Of a stretch of 64,000 nt of DNA, positions 8,272 through 18,568 are shown in pieces; within the stretch, counting starts at the first letter, position 1, and every line of letters begins with the position of its first letter. This stretch comes from Chloroflexota bacterium (GTDB lineage: Bacteria > Chloroflexota > Dehalococcoidia > Bin125). Location: assembly GCA_028875225.1 (NCBI GenBank), contig JAPPFB010000017.1, positions 81,920 to 145,919 of the forward strand, written 5' to 3'. A program made the position numbers and the translations under genes. The notes beneath the pieces are model-generated. The model had not been told where the DNA came from, searched no databases, and saw only the letters and a program-made list of their open reading frames with translations.

Positions 8272-9012
8272 GTGACACGCTCCTCCAGTCCGGATTGTCG
8301 AAATCAACTAGTCGCGATCGACGGGCCGGTCGCCTCCGGCAAGACCGCTGTCGGCCGGGCCCTGGCGCAGCGCCTGGGCTGGCGGTTGTTCGACACCGGA
8401 ATCATGTATCGCGCCGCGACCTGGCAAGCACAGCGCAAGGGCGTCCATCTGGACGAAGAGGACAGCGTCACCGAGCTGATTCGCGCATCGGAGTTTCGAT
8501 TGACGCCGAGAGCAGACAGCGACTCGATCGAGATGGATGTCTTCGTCGACGGCGACGATGCCACGCCGCACCTGCGCCAGCCCGAGGTCGAGTCCGTGGT
8601 CCCCATCGTCGCCGCCAACGCCGGCGTGCGCGTGCTGATGGTCGCGATTCAGCAGTCGGAAGCCGCGCAGGGCTGCATGATCGTCGTCGGCCGAGATATC
8701 GGCACGGTCGTCCTGCCCGACGCCCCGGTCAAAATTTTCCTCGACGCCAGCGAGGAGGTCCGTGCCAGGCGGCGGGCCGCCGAGCAGGATGGTGGCGCCG
8801 ACGAAGCCGCCGTGCTCAAGGCGACCCAGCGTCGCGATCGTCGTGACCGCGGCAGAGCCGCGTCGCCGCTGACGGTGGCTGCTGACGCCGTCCGGCTGGA
8901 CACTTCAGACCTCACGCTCGAACAGGCGATTGTTGCCACCGAATCAATCGTTCGAGAACGAATGCCCGAGCTGACCCTGCAACAGGCAGCCACACCCGTG
9001 CAGCAGAGATAG
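8272..9012 (+). CDS. cmk: Cytidylate kinase
   Basis: P-loop VAIDGPVASGKT; FDTGIMYRAATW; GTP start as in the track. Confidence 0.88.
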   Translation: MTRSSSPDCRNQLVAIDGPVASGKTAVGRALAQRLGWRLFDTGIMYRAATWQAQRKGVHLDEEDSVTELIRASEFRLTPRADSDSIEMDVFVDGDDATPHLRQPEVESVVPIVAANAGVRVLMVAIQQSEAAQGCMIVVGRDIGTVVLPDAPVKIFLDASEEVRARRRAAEQDGGADEAAVLKATQRRDRRDRGRAASPLTVAADAVRLDTSDLTLEQAIVATESIVRERMPELTLQQAATPVQQR

Positions 9013-9015
9013 CCC

Positions 9016-9831
9016 ATGCGCCGACGCGTGTATCGCTGGGTCACCCGACAGCTGACGCGCCTCGTCTTTGGCGAGTACAAGGCGCTTGCCGATATCGGGA
9101 TGACCGGTATGCCCAACGCCTCCCGGGTCTGGTTTCTCGTCGCCGGCTTCTTCGCGCGCCTGGCCTTTCTCAGGATCGTCCGTTGCGAGTGGCGGCATTT
9201 CGATCGGATTCCCAAGGGCGGCGTGATCATCGCCTCCAATCACGTGTCCTCCGCCGATCCCGCGATGATGGCGTCCGCCATCTATCCCCGCTCACCGCGA
9301 TACATGGCCAAGGTCGAGCTATTTCGCAAGGAGCCGATCATTGGCTACCTCTTCGCGCTGTCGGGCGCGTTCCCGGTGCGGCGCGGCGCCGGCGATCGAC
9401 TGGCGATTCGCGAAGCAGAGCGACTGCTCGCCAATGGCGCCGCCGTCGGCATGTTTCCCGAGGGACATCGCTCCGATACCGGCGCCATGATGCAGGCGCA
9501 CTCCGGCACCGCCTTGCTGGCGCTCCGCACCCAGGTTCCTGTCGTTGCGGTGGGAATCACTGGGTCAGAGAGGATGCGGGCCGGCTGGCGCTCGCTCATC
9601 GCTCGGACCCAGGTGCGAATGACTGCCTCTCACCCCTTCGTGGTCAAACCCAGGGGCGCGCGAGTGACCCGCGACGACATTGACGCCGCGCACATCACTA
9701 TCATGCGTGCCATTGCCGAACAGCTACCCCCCGCGTATCGTGGCGTGTATGCACACTTGGTCGACGACGACGCCGACCAGGACGCTGGAAGCGACCGGTC
9801 CAGCAGCGACAGACCAGGAGCAGCAGCATGA
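9016..9831 (+). CDS. plsC: 1-acyl-sn-glycerol-3-phosphate acyltransferase
   Basis: Acyltransferase motifs NHVSSADP and FPEGHRS. Confidence 0.85.
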   Translation: MRRRVYRWVTRQLTRLVFGEYKALADIGMTGMPNASRVWFLVAGFFARLAFLRIVRCEWRHFDRIPKGGVIIASNHVSSADPAMMASAIYPRSPRYMAKVELFRKEPIIGYLFALSGAFPVRRGAGDRLAIREAERLLANGAAVGMFPEGHRSDTGAMMQAHSGTALLALRTQVPVVAVGITGSERMRAGWRSLIARTQVRMTASHPFVVKPRGARVTRDDIDAAHITIMRAIAEQLPPAYRGVYAHLVDDDADQDAGSDRSSSDRPGAAA

Positions 9832-10703
9832 AAATACACCGCGCCAGCGACATGGGCTTCTGCTTCGGCGTGCGTCGCGCTGTCGACATGATGAAAGAAG
9901 CGGCGGCCAACGGCACCAGAGTGACCACACTTGGACAGGTCGTGCACAATCCGCAGGTGGTCGCAGAGCTCGAACAGACAGGAATCAAGGTCAAGGAAGA
10001 TCGCTCGGCGGTCGGCGTCGAGAGTGATACGGTCGCGATTACGGCGCATGGAGTCGGTGAAACCGTTGTCCGCGACATTGAAGCACGCGGACTCAAGGTC
10101 ATCGACACCACCTGTCAGTTCGTCTCCCGTTCCCAGCGCGCCGCGCGCAACCTGGCCGAGCGCGGCTTTACCGTGATCATCTTCGGCGACCCCACTCACC
10201 CGGAGGTCAAGGGCGTGTTGGGCTGGTGCCGCGGGCGCGGCATTGTGATCAAGAACGAGTCGCTCGAAGATCTTCCCGACTATCTGCCGTCCAAGATCGG
10301 CGTGATTTCTCAGACCACGCATACGCCCGAGCGCTTCGCGGTGTTCGTCGCCAACCTGATGCGCGCCCGGATCGACCAGATCACCGAGATCAGAGTCGTC
10401 AACGTGCTCTGCAACGCCACGACGTCTCAACAGGCCGCCACTCGCGATTTGACGGAGGATGTCGACCTGATGATCGTCGTCGGCGGGCACAACTCCGCCA
10501 ACACCAGACACCTGGCCGAACTCTCGCGGGCCAACGGCGTTGAGACATATCACGTCGAGACCGCAGCAGAGCTGAAGTTCGAGTGGTTCGACGGTCACGA
10601 AGACATTGGCGTCACCGCCGGCGCCTCTACTCCCGATTTCTCGATTGACGCCGTGGTCGAGCGTATCGAAGAGATCGACGCCGCCTTGTCGGCCGCCGTC
10701 TAG
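9828..10703 (+). CDS. ispH: 4-hydroxy-3-methylbut-2-enyl diphosphate reductase
   Basis: LytB-family sequence throughout (GFCFGVRRAV, TTCQFV, VLCNAT, MIVVGGHNSANT). Confidence 0.92.
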   Translation: MKIHRASDMGFCFGVRRAVDMMKEAAANGTRVTTLGQVVHNPQVVAELEQTGIKVKEDRSAVGVESDTVAITAHGVGETVVRDIEARGLKVIDTTCQFVSRSQRAARNLAERGFTVIIFGDPTHPEVKGVLGWCRGRGIVIKNESLEDLPDYLPSKIGVISQTTHTPERFAVFVANLMRARIDQITEIRVVNVLCNATTSQQAATRDLTEDVDLMIVVGGHNSANTRHLAELSRANGVETYHVETAAELKFEWFDGHEDIGVTAGASTPDFSIDAVVERIEEIDAALSAAV

Positions 10704-10733
10704 TTCAGCCTGACAGAGCATCCCGGACATCGA

Positions 10734-12155
10734 ATGCCCCGTCCGCGTCGTTCTGCCGTTCCTGCTGGCGCCATTAGCACTGTCGCATCGGGCTCGCTCG
10801 CCGAGGAAGCCGGTCTGCGGCCCGGCGACCAGGTACTCGCGGTCAACGGGCAATCGATTCGTGACCCGGTCGATTACCGGTTCCAGACCACCGAGGACTT
10901 CGTCGAACTGGAAGTCGTTCACGACGACGAACTGGCAATTGTTGAGTTCGAGAAACCGATCGATGAGCCGCTCGGCATCGAGTTCGACGACGACGCGTTC
11001 GACGGCACCCGCATCTGCAACAACAAGTGCTTCTTCTGCTTTCTCAAGGGGTTGCCGAAGGGGCTGCGACGTCCGCTCTACATCAAGGACGACGACTATC
11101 GCCTCTCGTTCCTGCACGGGAACTTCGTCACTCTGACCAACCTGTCGGACGATGACTGGAACCGGCTCGAGGAACAGCGACTGAGCCCGCTGCACGTGAG
11201 CGTCCATGCCACGGACCTCGACCTGCGGCGCCAGTTGCTGGGAAATCGAAACGCCCCCGACATCATCGAACAATTGCAACGGCTGGCAGAAATGAGGATT
11301 GACGTCCATACGCAGGTCGTGCTGTGCCCGGGCGTCAACGACGGCGACGCGCTCGATCAGACCGTGGAAGACCTGCTTGGTCAAGCGAATGTGACATCCA
11401 TCGGCGTGGTCCCGGTCGGCTCTTCGCTGGAAGGCGAAGAACGAATCCAGGACGCCGGCATGCGCGCGCACAGCAGATCGGAAGCGCAGCGTGTGGTCAG
11501 GCAGCTGCGCCGCTGGCAACGTCACGCTCGGTCGCGACGTGGGCGCTCGGTCGTGTTTCCCAGCGACGAGTTCTATCTCACCGCTGGCGCTCAGATTCCG
11601 TCAGAGGGGCGCTACGACGGGTTTCCCCAGTGGGAAAACGGCGTTGGCATGACCCGCACCCTGATCGATGACTGGCGAAAGACCAGACGCCGGATTCGAG
11701 AGGGTCGGCTCCACGTTTCCCCAACCGCTGCCGTGATCGCTTGCGGGACTCTGATCGCGCCAGCACTTAGGGAACTGTGCGACGAAGTGACGAGCCTCAC
11801 AGGCGTCGAGTTCACGATCATCCCGGTCCAGAATTCTCTCTTCGGCGAACGGGTCAACGTCAGTGGTCTGATTCCCGGAGCAGACTTCGTCGCGGCGCTC
11901 TCTCGATTGGAACTGCCCGAGCACGTGTTCCTTCCGCGGGCATCCCTCGACTACTTCGGCGCGAAGTTTCTCGACGATCTCACACCTGCCGAGTTGGAAT
12001 CCAGACTCAAACGCCAGATTTCTTTCGTCTACACGCTCTCTGAGCTCCTAGAGTCAATTGCAGACGGCGATGTCCGGGACGGTTCGGCCAGCAGGCAGCC
12101 GCGACCGAATCCTCGTTCGAACGGACGCAGCTGGACCACGCCGGCGGCGGGGTAG
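10734..12155 (+). CDS. PDZ-domain radical SAM protein with C-terminal DUF512
   Basis: N-terminal PDZ (GSLAEEAGLRPGDQVLAVNG) followed by CNNKCFFCF (CxxxCxxC); architecture of the poorly characterised PDZ/radical-SAM/DUF512 family. Confidence 0.6.
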   Translation: MPRPRRSAVPAGAISTVASGSLAEEAGLRPGDQVLAVNGQSIRDPVDYRFQTTEDFVELEVVHDDELAIVEFEKPIDEPLGIEFDDDAFDGTRICNNKCFFCFLKGLPKGLRRPLYIKDDDYRLSFLHGNFVTLTNLSDDDWNRLEEQRLSPLHVSVHATDLDLRRQLLGNRNAPDIIEQLQRLAEMRIDVHTQVVLCPGVNDGDALDQTVEDLLGQANVTSIGVVPVGSSLEGEERIQDAGMRAHSRSEAQRVVRQLRRWQRHARSRRGRSVVFPSDEFYLTAGAQIPSEGRYDGFPQWENGVGMTRTLIDDWRKTRRRIREGRLHVSPTAAVIACGTLIAPALRELCDEVTSLTGVEFTIIPVQNSLFGERVNVSGLIPGADFVAALSRLELPEHVFLPRASLDYFGAKFLDDLTPAELESRLKRQISFVYTLSELLESIADGDVRDGSASRQPRPNPRSNGRSWTTPAAG

Positions 12156-12169
12156 ACGGGGGGTACGCC

Positions 12170-14026
12170 ATGTGCGGCATTGTGGGTTACGTCGGCCATC
12201 AGGCGGCCGGCCCGATCCTGATTGAGGGACTACAACGTCTCGAATACCGGGGATACGACTCGTCCGGAATCGCGGTCATCGATCGCGACGGCGTCCTCGA
12301 CGTGATGAAACGGGAGGGCAAGCTCCGCGACCTGCAGGCTGCGATCACGCGGATGCCGAATGGCGGAACCGGGATCGGACACACCAGATGGGCGACCCAC
12401 GGTCAACCGTCGGATCGCAACGCGCATCCGCACGCGTCATCCTCCGGAGATGTGATCGTCGTCCAGAACGGCATCGTCGAGAACTACCGCGAACTGCGAG
12501 CCGAGCTACAGGAACGGCTCGACGCTGAAGGCCGAACCTGGCAATCGGAGACCGACACTGAGGTCATTCCCGAACTGATTTCGAGGGAGATCTCAGCGGG
12601 GAAGCCACTCGAAGACGCCATCGCCTATGCCATTGGCCGTCTGCGCGGCGCCAACGCGATTGCGGTGGTCCATCGCGGCAGTCCAGACAGGATGTACGCC
12701 GCCCGGAAGGGCTCGGCGGGAGGGATCGTGATTGGCTATGGCGACGGCGAGATGTTCCTCGCCAGCGACCTGCCGGCGCTGTTGCCGCATACGACCAGCG
12801 TGTACCACCTCGAGGACGGTGACATCGCGGCAATCGATGCTGATCTCGTGCAGGTGCGGCGCGGCGGAAGTCCAACGTTCCAGCCCACGCCTACGCAGGT
12901 CGATCTGGATCCGGTCGCCATTGCACGCGGGCCGTATCGGCACTTCATGCTCAAGGAAATCCACGAACAGCCGCGCGCTCTGTCTGACACGATCCGGGGA
13001 CGCGCTCGGCTTGATCCGGCCAGCGCTCTGGCTGATGACTTCGATCTCGCCGACGACACCCTCCGAGGTATTGAGCGGGTCCTGGTCATTGGCATGGGCA
13101 CCTCACTGCATGCCGCGATGATCGGACGCTGGTGGATCGAACAGATCGCGGGCATCCCCGCCGATTTCGAGAACGCGTCGGAGTTCCGATTCCGGGCGCC
13201 GCTGCTAGGCCCATCGACCCTGGTCGTGGCGGTCACGCAATCCGGCGAGACGATTGACACCCTGGGCGCCATGAATCACGTCCGCGAGCGTTGGGGCGCG
13301 CCGCAACTAGTGATCACCAACGTCGACGGCTCCGAGGCAACCCGCCAGGCCGATGCTTCGATCATCATTCGCTGTGGGCCCGAGGTTGGAGTCGCATCGA
13401 CCAAGACGTTCGTGGGGTCTCTGGCAGCGTTGTATCTGCTTGCCTGTCGGATCGGACACGCCCGGGGGCAGCTGAACGAGCAGGAACTGACCGATCGCCT
13501 GGAACAGCTGCTGACCGCACCGTCTCTGCTGGAGCGCGGAATCCGTCAGGCAGAACGGTGCGCCGAAATCGCGCAGGTATTCGGCGGCGCTTCCAACTTC
13601 CTCGTCCTCGGACGCGGCATCGAATATCCGCTGGCCATGGAAGCGGCGCTGAAGTGCAAGGAGATTTCTTACGTTCACGCCGAGGGCTACGCGGCCGGGG
13701 AAATGAAGCATGGGCCGATCGCCCTCCTGGACCAGGGCTTCCCGGTGATCGCGCTGGCGCCACGCGGACCACTGTTCGACAAGATGACTTCGGCGATCCA
13801 ACAGGTCAGGGCACGCCGAGCGCCGGTGATCGCAGTGGGCGACGAGGGCGACCAGGAGCTGGCCGGGTTGGTCGACCATTTCATCGGTGTTCCGCCCGCT
13901 CCGCCGCTGTTGACCCCCTTCTCTCTGACGCCGGTCGTCCAGTTGCTTGCATATCAACTGGCGCTCACGCGCGGCCTGGACATCGATCAACCGCGCAACC
14001 TCGCCAAGACGGTCACGGTCGAGTAG
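12170..14026 (+). CDS. glmS: Glutamine--fructose-6-phosphate aminotransferase
   Basis: MCGIVGY N-terminal nucleophile; two SIS domains; ends ...KTVTVE. Confidence 0.95.
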   Translation: MCGIVGYVGHQAAGPILIEGLQRLEYRGYDSSGIAVIDRDGVLDVMKREGKLRDLQAAITRMPNGGTGIGHTRWATHGQPSDRNAHPHASSSGDVIVVQNGIVENYRELRAELQERLDAEGRTWQSETDTEVIPELISREISAGKPLEDAIAYAIGRLRGANAIAVVHRGSPDRMYAARKGSAGGIVIGYGDGEMFLASDLPALLPHTTSVYHLEDGDIAAIDADLVQVRRGGSPTFQPTPTQVDLDPVAIARGPYRHFMLKEIHEQPRALSDTIRGRARLDPASALADDFDLADDTLRGIERVLVIGMGTSLHAAMIGRWWIEQIAGIPADFENASEFRFRAPLLGPSTLVVAVTQSGETIDTLGAMNHVRERWGAPQLVITNVDGSEATRQADASIIIRCGPEVGVASTKTFVGSLAALYLLACRIGHARGQLNEQELTDRLEQLLTAPSLLERGIRQAERCAEIAQVFGGASNFLVLGRGIEYPLAMEAALKCKEISYVHAEGYAAGEMKHGPIALLDQGFPVIALAPRGPLFDKMTSAIQQVRARRAPVIAVGDEGDQELAGLVDHFIGVPPAPPLLTPFSLTPVVQLLAYQLALTRGLDIDQPRNLAKTVTVE

Positions 14027-14154
14027 CCCCGAACGGACCAGTCGAGCCCGTGCGGCGCGCAGGGATACTGCGCAACATTCGTGCGTTGCTGACGCGGTGA
14101 TATCCTGCCTCAGCGAGCCGTGAACGTCCCAGGCAGGCTGCGCGGACATCCTTC

Positions 14155-16446
14155 ATGACCTTTGACTCCCAACACATCGTCTGGTTCGCCGAAGTCGGAC
14201 GAGACGCCGTCCCGCTTGTGGGCGGCAAAGGGGCGAACCTGGGCGAGCTGACGCAGGCCCGAATTCCGGTGCCGCCAGGATTTGTCGTCACCACTCGCGC
14301 GTATCGAGAATTCATCATTCACTCCGGGCTCGACCACATTCTGCGCCGACTGCTCCATGGCCTGAACGTCGACGACGACGAGCAGCTCAACACCACTGCC
14401 GACGCTGTGCAACACGCGATCGAACAGGCGGAGATGCCGGCCACGATGCAGCAGGAGATCACTGCCGCCTACGCAGAACTGGGCGAGGGGCCGGTCGCGG
14501 TCCGCAGTTCCGCAACCGCCGAAGATCTGGCCGAAGCGTCCTTTGCGGGTCAGCAGGCAACTTTCCTGAACATCGAGGGCGGGGTCAACGTCGTCGAAGC
14601 CGTGCAGCGTTGCTGGGCCTCTCTGTTTGAAGCGCGCGCCATCTTTTACCGCGAGCAGGCCGGTTGGGGCCACCTCGACGTCGACCTGGCCGTTCCGGTG
14701 CAGCGCATGGTGCAATCGGAGTCTTCCGGCGTGATGTTCACTGTCGATCCGATCACCAATGACCGGAACCGCGTCGTGATCGAGGCCGCGTTCGGACTGG
14801 GCGAGGCCGTCGTCGGCGGCCTGGTGTCGCCTGACCACTACGAGGTCGACAAAGCGGCCAACCAGATTCTGGAACGCCAGATTTTCACGCAGGATCGCCG
14901 CCTGGTCCGTTCGCCTGACGGCCGGCTGGACCCCGAGCATGGAGCCAATGTCTGGCAAGATCTGACCGAGGCGGACGGCTCGACAGCGAAACTCAGCGAT
15001 GATCAGATCATCGAGTTGAGCTCGATCGGCAAGCGAATCGAATCACACTACGGCTCTCCTCAGGACATCGAATGGGGATGGGCCGACGACCAGTTCTACC
15101 TGCTCCAGACCCGACCGATCACGACGGTCGCGCCATCGGCGAAGACGAACGGCGACAACCCGGCGCCGACGCCCGCCTCGCCGCCGATTCTTGACGGTTC
15201 GCCGGCTTCGCCCGGAGTCGCCAGCGGGCGCATTCGCGTGATTCTCAACGCCCGCGAGACAGCGAGCATCGGCGAGGGCGACGTGTTGGTCGCCGAGATG
15301 ACGACGCCTGACTTCGTCCCCGCAATGAAGCGCGCGGCGGCAATCATCACCGAGCGCGGCGGCCGCACCTGTCACGCCGCCATCATCTCCCGCGAGCTCG
15401 GCGTGCCCTGCGTCGTCGGCGCTTCGGGAGCAGCCCAACTGGCCGACGGCCTCGAGGTCACCGTGGACGGCGCATCGGGTCTGATCTATGACGGCGTCCA
15501 GACCGACCTGCTCAATTGGTGGCACGACCGGGAGGAAGAACTGTACGCGCCGATTGCCACCGAGACCAAGCTCTACGTCAACCTCGCCGAACCGGAGATC
15601 GCCGATCGTGTCGCTGAACGCGATGTCGATGGCGTCGGGCTATTGCGCGCCGAGTTCATTATCGCCCGGCTGGGAGAGCATCCGCGGAACTTCATCAATA
15701 CCGGCCGCCAGGACGAGTACGTTCGGCGGCTGTCCGAGGGCATGCGCAAGATCGCTTCCGCCTTCGACCCTCGCCCGGTTGTCTACCGGGCCACCGACTT
15801 CAAGACCAACGAATACGCCAATCTGACCGGCGGCGACATCTACGAGCCCGACGAAGAAAATCCAATGATCGGCTATCGCGGCGCCGCTCGATACATCCGG
15901 GAACCCGACCTGTTCGAGCTCGAGCTTCGCGCGCTGGAACTGGTCCGCGAAGAGCATCCCAACCTGCACCTGATGATTCCCTTCGTCCGGACGCCAGACG
16001 AGATGGCCCAGGTCGTGCAACAGGTCGATCGGTACGGGCTGGAGCGAAATGCTGCAGAGCCCGACGGCTTCCAGCTCTGGATGATGGTTGAAGTGCCGTC
16101 CAATGTGTTGCTGCTCGACGAGTTCATCGACTGTGGAATCGACGGCGTCTCGATCGGTTCGAACGACCTGACACAGCTCACACTGGGCATTGACCGTGAC
16201 TCGGAACGATTCGCCGACACGTTCGACGAGCGGAATCCCGCCGTGCTGAGGGCCATTGAGCAGGTCATCACCACTGCCAAGCGGCGCGGCATCACCGTGT
16301 CCGTCTGCGGCCAGGGGCCGTCGGAACATCCCGACCTGGCTCAACGTCTAGTTGACTGGGGGATCACCTCGATCTCCGTCACTCCCGACGTGATCGAACA
16401 GACACGTCACCTGGTCGCCAACGCCGAGGCGAAGCGCCAGCGCTAA
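14155..16446 (+). CDS. ppsA: Phosphoenolpyruvate synthase (pyruvate, water dikinase)
   Basis: 763 aa; ATP-grasp GGKGANLGEL; phospho-His domain GGRTCHAAIISRELGVPCVVG; PEP-utilising C-terminal domain. Confidence 0.93.
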   Translation: MTFDSQHIVWFAEVGRDAVPLVGGKGANLGELTQARIPVPPGFVVTTRAYREFIIHSGLDHILRRLLHGLNVDDDEQLNTTADAVQHAIEQAEMPATMQQEITAAYAELGEGPVAVRSSATAEDLAEASFAGQQATFLNIEGGVNVVEAVQRCWASLFEARAIFYREQAGWGHLDVDLAVPVQRMVQSESSGVMFTVDPITNDRNRVVIEAAFGLGEAVVGGLVSPDHYEVDKAANQILERQIFTQDRRLVRSPDGRLDPEHGANVWQDLTEADGSTAKLSDDQIIELSSIGKRIESHYGSPQDIEWGWADDQFYLLQTRPITTVAPSAKTNGDNPAPTPASPPILDGSPASPGVASGRIRVILNARETASIGEGDVLVAEMTTPDFVPAMKRAAAIITERGGRTCHAAIISRELGVPCVVGASGAAQLADGLEVTVDGASGLIYDGVQTDLLNWWHDREEELYAPIATETKLYVNLAEPEIADRVAERDVDGVGLLRAEFIIARLGEHPRNFINTGRQDEYVRRLSEGMRKIASAFDPRPVVYRATDFKTNEYANLTGGDIYEPDEENPMIGYRGAARYIREPDLFELELRALELVREEHPNLHLMIPFVRTPDEMAQVVQQVDRYGLERNAAEPDGFQLWMMVEVPSNVLLLDEFIDCGIDGVSIGSNDLTQLTLGIDRDSERFADTFDERNPAVLRAIEQVITTAKRRGITVSVCGQGPSEHPDLAQRLVDWGITSISVTPDVIEQTRHLVANAEAKRQR

Positions 16447-16542
16447 CCGGTTCGGCTCCCACGCGAGATAGAGTGACGGCGGATCGGTCCGCCACGGCAT
16501 TGGCCATCCTCGGCCGCGGGTCTTGCAGGGCGTTGGAGACGC

Positions 16543-18456
16543 ATGGGCAGCAGAATCGGTTCAATCGCCATTCTCCTGGTCATTGGCGGGATCGTCGCCG
16601 CGGTCGTCGTCGTCATCAATCGACTCGATCTCCTCAACACCGGCGAGTCCGATGCACCCGTGATGGTGGTCTCGCTCGACGAGGGCGAACTCGTGCTGCT
16701 CAACGAGCCACGGAGCATTACGGTCACCATCTCCTCAGGCAGTCCGATCGCGACGCTGGAGCTGTTCGTCGACGACGCCAAGATCGCCGATGTGGTACCG
16801 CCCTATTCGCAGGATCGCGGCGCCTGGATCGGGTCGTTCGTATGGACTCCCGAACGGCTTGGATTCGCCAGCGTCCGTGTGGTCGCGCTCGATGCCGACG
16901 GCGAAGAATCCTTCAGGCAGATTCGGGTCGAAGTCACCGACGACCAGGCGCGCGTCGCCGCCGCTTTGAGAGTGACGGTTCTCGGCATTGCTCCGCTCCA
17001 ACAGTTTCCCGCGGGAACGACCATCCTGCTGGCGATTTCGGCCACCGGCAGCCAGCCGATTGAACGGTTCGAGATGCTGGTCAACGACAACTTCGTCATC
17101 GCGATCACGCCTCGCCTGGACGAGGCCACCGGTCGCTACTCGGCCACCATTGAATGGACGCCAGGCGAGACGGGCGAGGTCGACGTCACGATCAACGCGG
17201 TAGATGCAGCCGGCAGAACCGAATCGCAGACGATCCCGGTGGTCCTGGTGCCGCAGGGCCGAGCGGCGGAAACCACCGCCGTAGAGGAGTCGCAGGAGCG
17301 GGGCGGTACGGATGAACGCACCGCGGACGACGGCCCTGCTGCGGAAGGCGTCGGTGCGGCGCGAATCGCTTCACCGTCCGATGGTGAGCGATTCACGCTC
17401 GATTCCGACTTTGAACTTGACGTTGAACTGCAGGCGCAGAACATCGGAGTGGTCGCCAGCGCGTTGCTGTACATCACGCCGATCGCCCCCGACAACACAC
17501 TCGGTAACTCTGTCCTGATCCACTCTTCTGAAGATCATCCGGCGGGCGACTACCGAGAGCGCGTTGTTGATGTCGAAGACTTCATCGCGAGCTCAGGCTC
17601 ATACGAGCTGCAACTCGTCATTTTCACCCCCGAGGACGATCGATATGACCACCGCATCGTGATCCATGTCGTCGCAGTGGCGGACCAGGACGGGGCTGAC
17701 GCTGAGGATGATGAACAGGACGAACAGTCCGAGGCCAGCGACGAGATCGACCTCGCCATCGTCACCGCTCGACAGGCAGACGATGATCGCACGCGCCTCA
17801 ATGTCACGATCACTAACGACAGTACCGTCGACATCGATCGCACCGAGGTCGTGGTCACGGTCGTGGAAGCATCCTCGGGCGCGGAACTGGCTTCGGCCGC
17901 GGTCACGTTGGGCATCGAGTCGGACGACCTGCGAACGATTCCCCTCGATCTCAAACTGGATCCTGGCGAGCAGGTCGAAGCGCTGGTCGTGCTCGAGGCC
18001 AGTATCGACACCAACACGGCCAATAACACCTTCCAGATCACGCTGACCGCCCCAGAATCCGACAGTCAGGACGAAACGAGTCAGTCGCCAGAAGATTCGC
18101 AACAGTCGGGCCAGCAATCGCCTTCGACCCAGCCTGAATCAGAGACTCCCCGCCCCGATCTGACTTTTCTCGATGCCCAGTACACCAACGACGGCTACGT
18201 CCTGGTGACCGTGATCAACAATGGAGCAGGTCCTGCGGAGACCTTCTTCATCGTGGTCGCGAATGAGGCGGGAGAGCAAATCGAAGTGATCACTCGTCGT
18301 TCTGCCGATGCTCAACCGCTCGATTCCGGTCAAACCGAGATTCTGACCAGCCTGGAACCACATTCGGGCACCATCGTGATGACGATAGTTGCAGGAGGTG
18401 ATATCGCCGAAGACAACCTCGAAGACAACCGTCTCACGCTTGAGATCGGCAGCTGA
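16543..18456 (+). CDS. Membrane-anchored acidic protein with Ig-like and CARDB-like repeats
   Basis: N-terminal TM helix (IAILLVIGGIVAAVVVVI); repeated beta-rich modules; Asp/Glu-rich linkers; C-terminal CARDB-like modules (GEQIEVITRRSADAQPLDSGQTEIL). Confidence 0.6.
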   Translation: MGSRIGSIAILLVIGGIVAAVVVVINRLDLLNTGESDAPVMVVSLDEGELVLLNEPRSITVTISSGSPIATLELFVDDAKIADVVPPYSQDRGAWIGSFVWTPERLGFASVRVVALDADGEESFRQIRVEVTDDQARVAAALRVTVLGIAPLQQFPAGTTILLAISATGSQPIERFEMLVNDNFVIAITPRLDEATGRYSATIEWTPGETGEVDVTINAVDAAGRTESQTIPVVLVPQGRAAETTAVEESQERGGTDERTADDGPAAEGVGAARIASPSDGERFTLDSDFELDVELQAQNIGVVASALLYITPIAPDNTLGNSVLIHSSEDHPAGDYRERVVDVEDFIASSGSYELQLVIFTPEDDRYDHRIVIHVVAVADQDGADAEDDEQDEQSEASDEIDLAIVTARQADDDRTRLNVTITNDSTVDIDRTEVVVTVVEASSGAELASAAVTLGIESDDLRTIPLDLKLDPGEQVEALVVLEASIDTNTANNTFQITLTAPESDSQDETSQSPEDSQQSGQQSPSTQPESETPRPDLTFLDAQYTNDGYVLVTVINNGAGPAETFFIVVANEAGEQIEVITRRSADAQPLDSGQTEILTSLEPHSGTIVMTIVAGGDIAEDNLEDNRLTLEIGS

Positions 18457-18489
18457 CCCGCCGAATCTCGATTTTTCTTTGTTCGATCA

Positions 18490-18518
18490 TTGAAAAATAT
18501 TCCGCTTCAACGTAAATT
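18490..18518 (+). promoter_or_regulatory. Candidate sigma-70-type promoter of the dnaG-sigA operon
   Basis: TTGAAA, 17 nt, TAAATT inside a conspicuously AT-rich 60-nt island, about 50 nt upstream of the dnaG ATG. Confidence 0.4.
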
Positions 18519-18568
18519 TGCCGTATGCCCGCGCCCGCCCCTCTGAATCCTCAGCCCGGCTTCTGCGC

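Noticed and set aside
9630-11525. 631-aa ORF on the minus strand
   Set aside because: Antisense to ispH and the DUF512 gene. Arg/Ala/Gly/Asp-rich composition typical of spurious high-GC antisense ORFs; no domain signal. The same applies to 626..1768(-), 6419..7399(-), 13307..14149(-), 19037..19810(-), 20776..21618(-), 21590..22594(-), 22643..23512(-), 47165..48283(-), 58463..59560(-) and the alternative-frame ORFs across the AKR triplet (28452..29852, 29084..30379, 30109..31248, 30270..31325).
14027-14154. Possible tRNA or ncRNA in the spacers 14027-14154, 35751-35862 and 42131-42247
   Set aside because: No cloverleaf-compatible segments or conserved tRNA T-loop/anticodon-stem patterns (for example GGTTCGAATCC) were found by eye. 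No tRNA is called in the window.
18518-18568. TTG start for dnaG at 18518
   Set aside because: It lies inside the AT-rich promoter island and overlaps the -10 hexamer. The downstream ATG at 18569 gives a canonical primase N-terminus (MSVAEEVKAKIDIVDLI).
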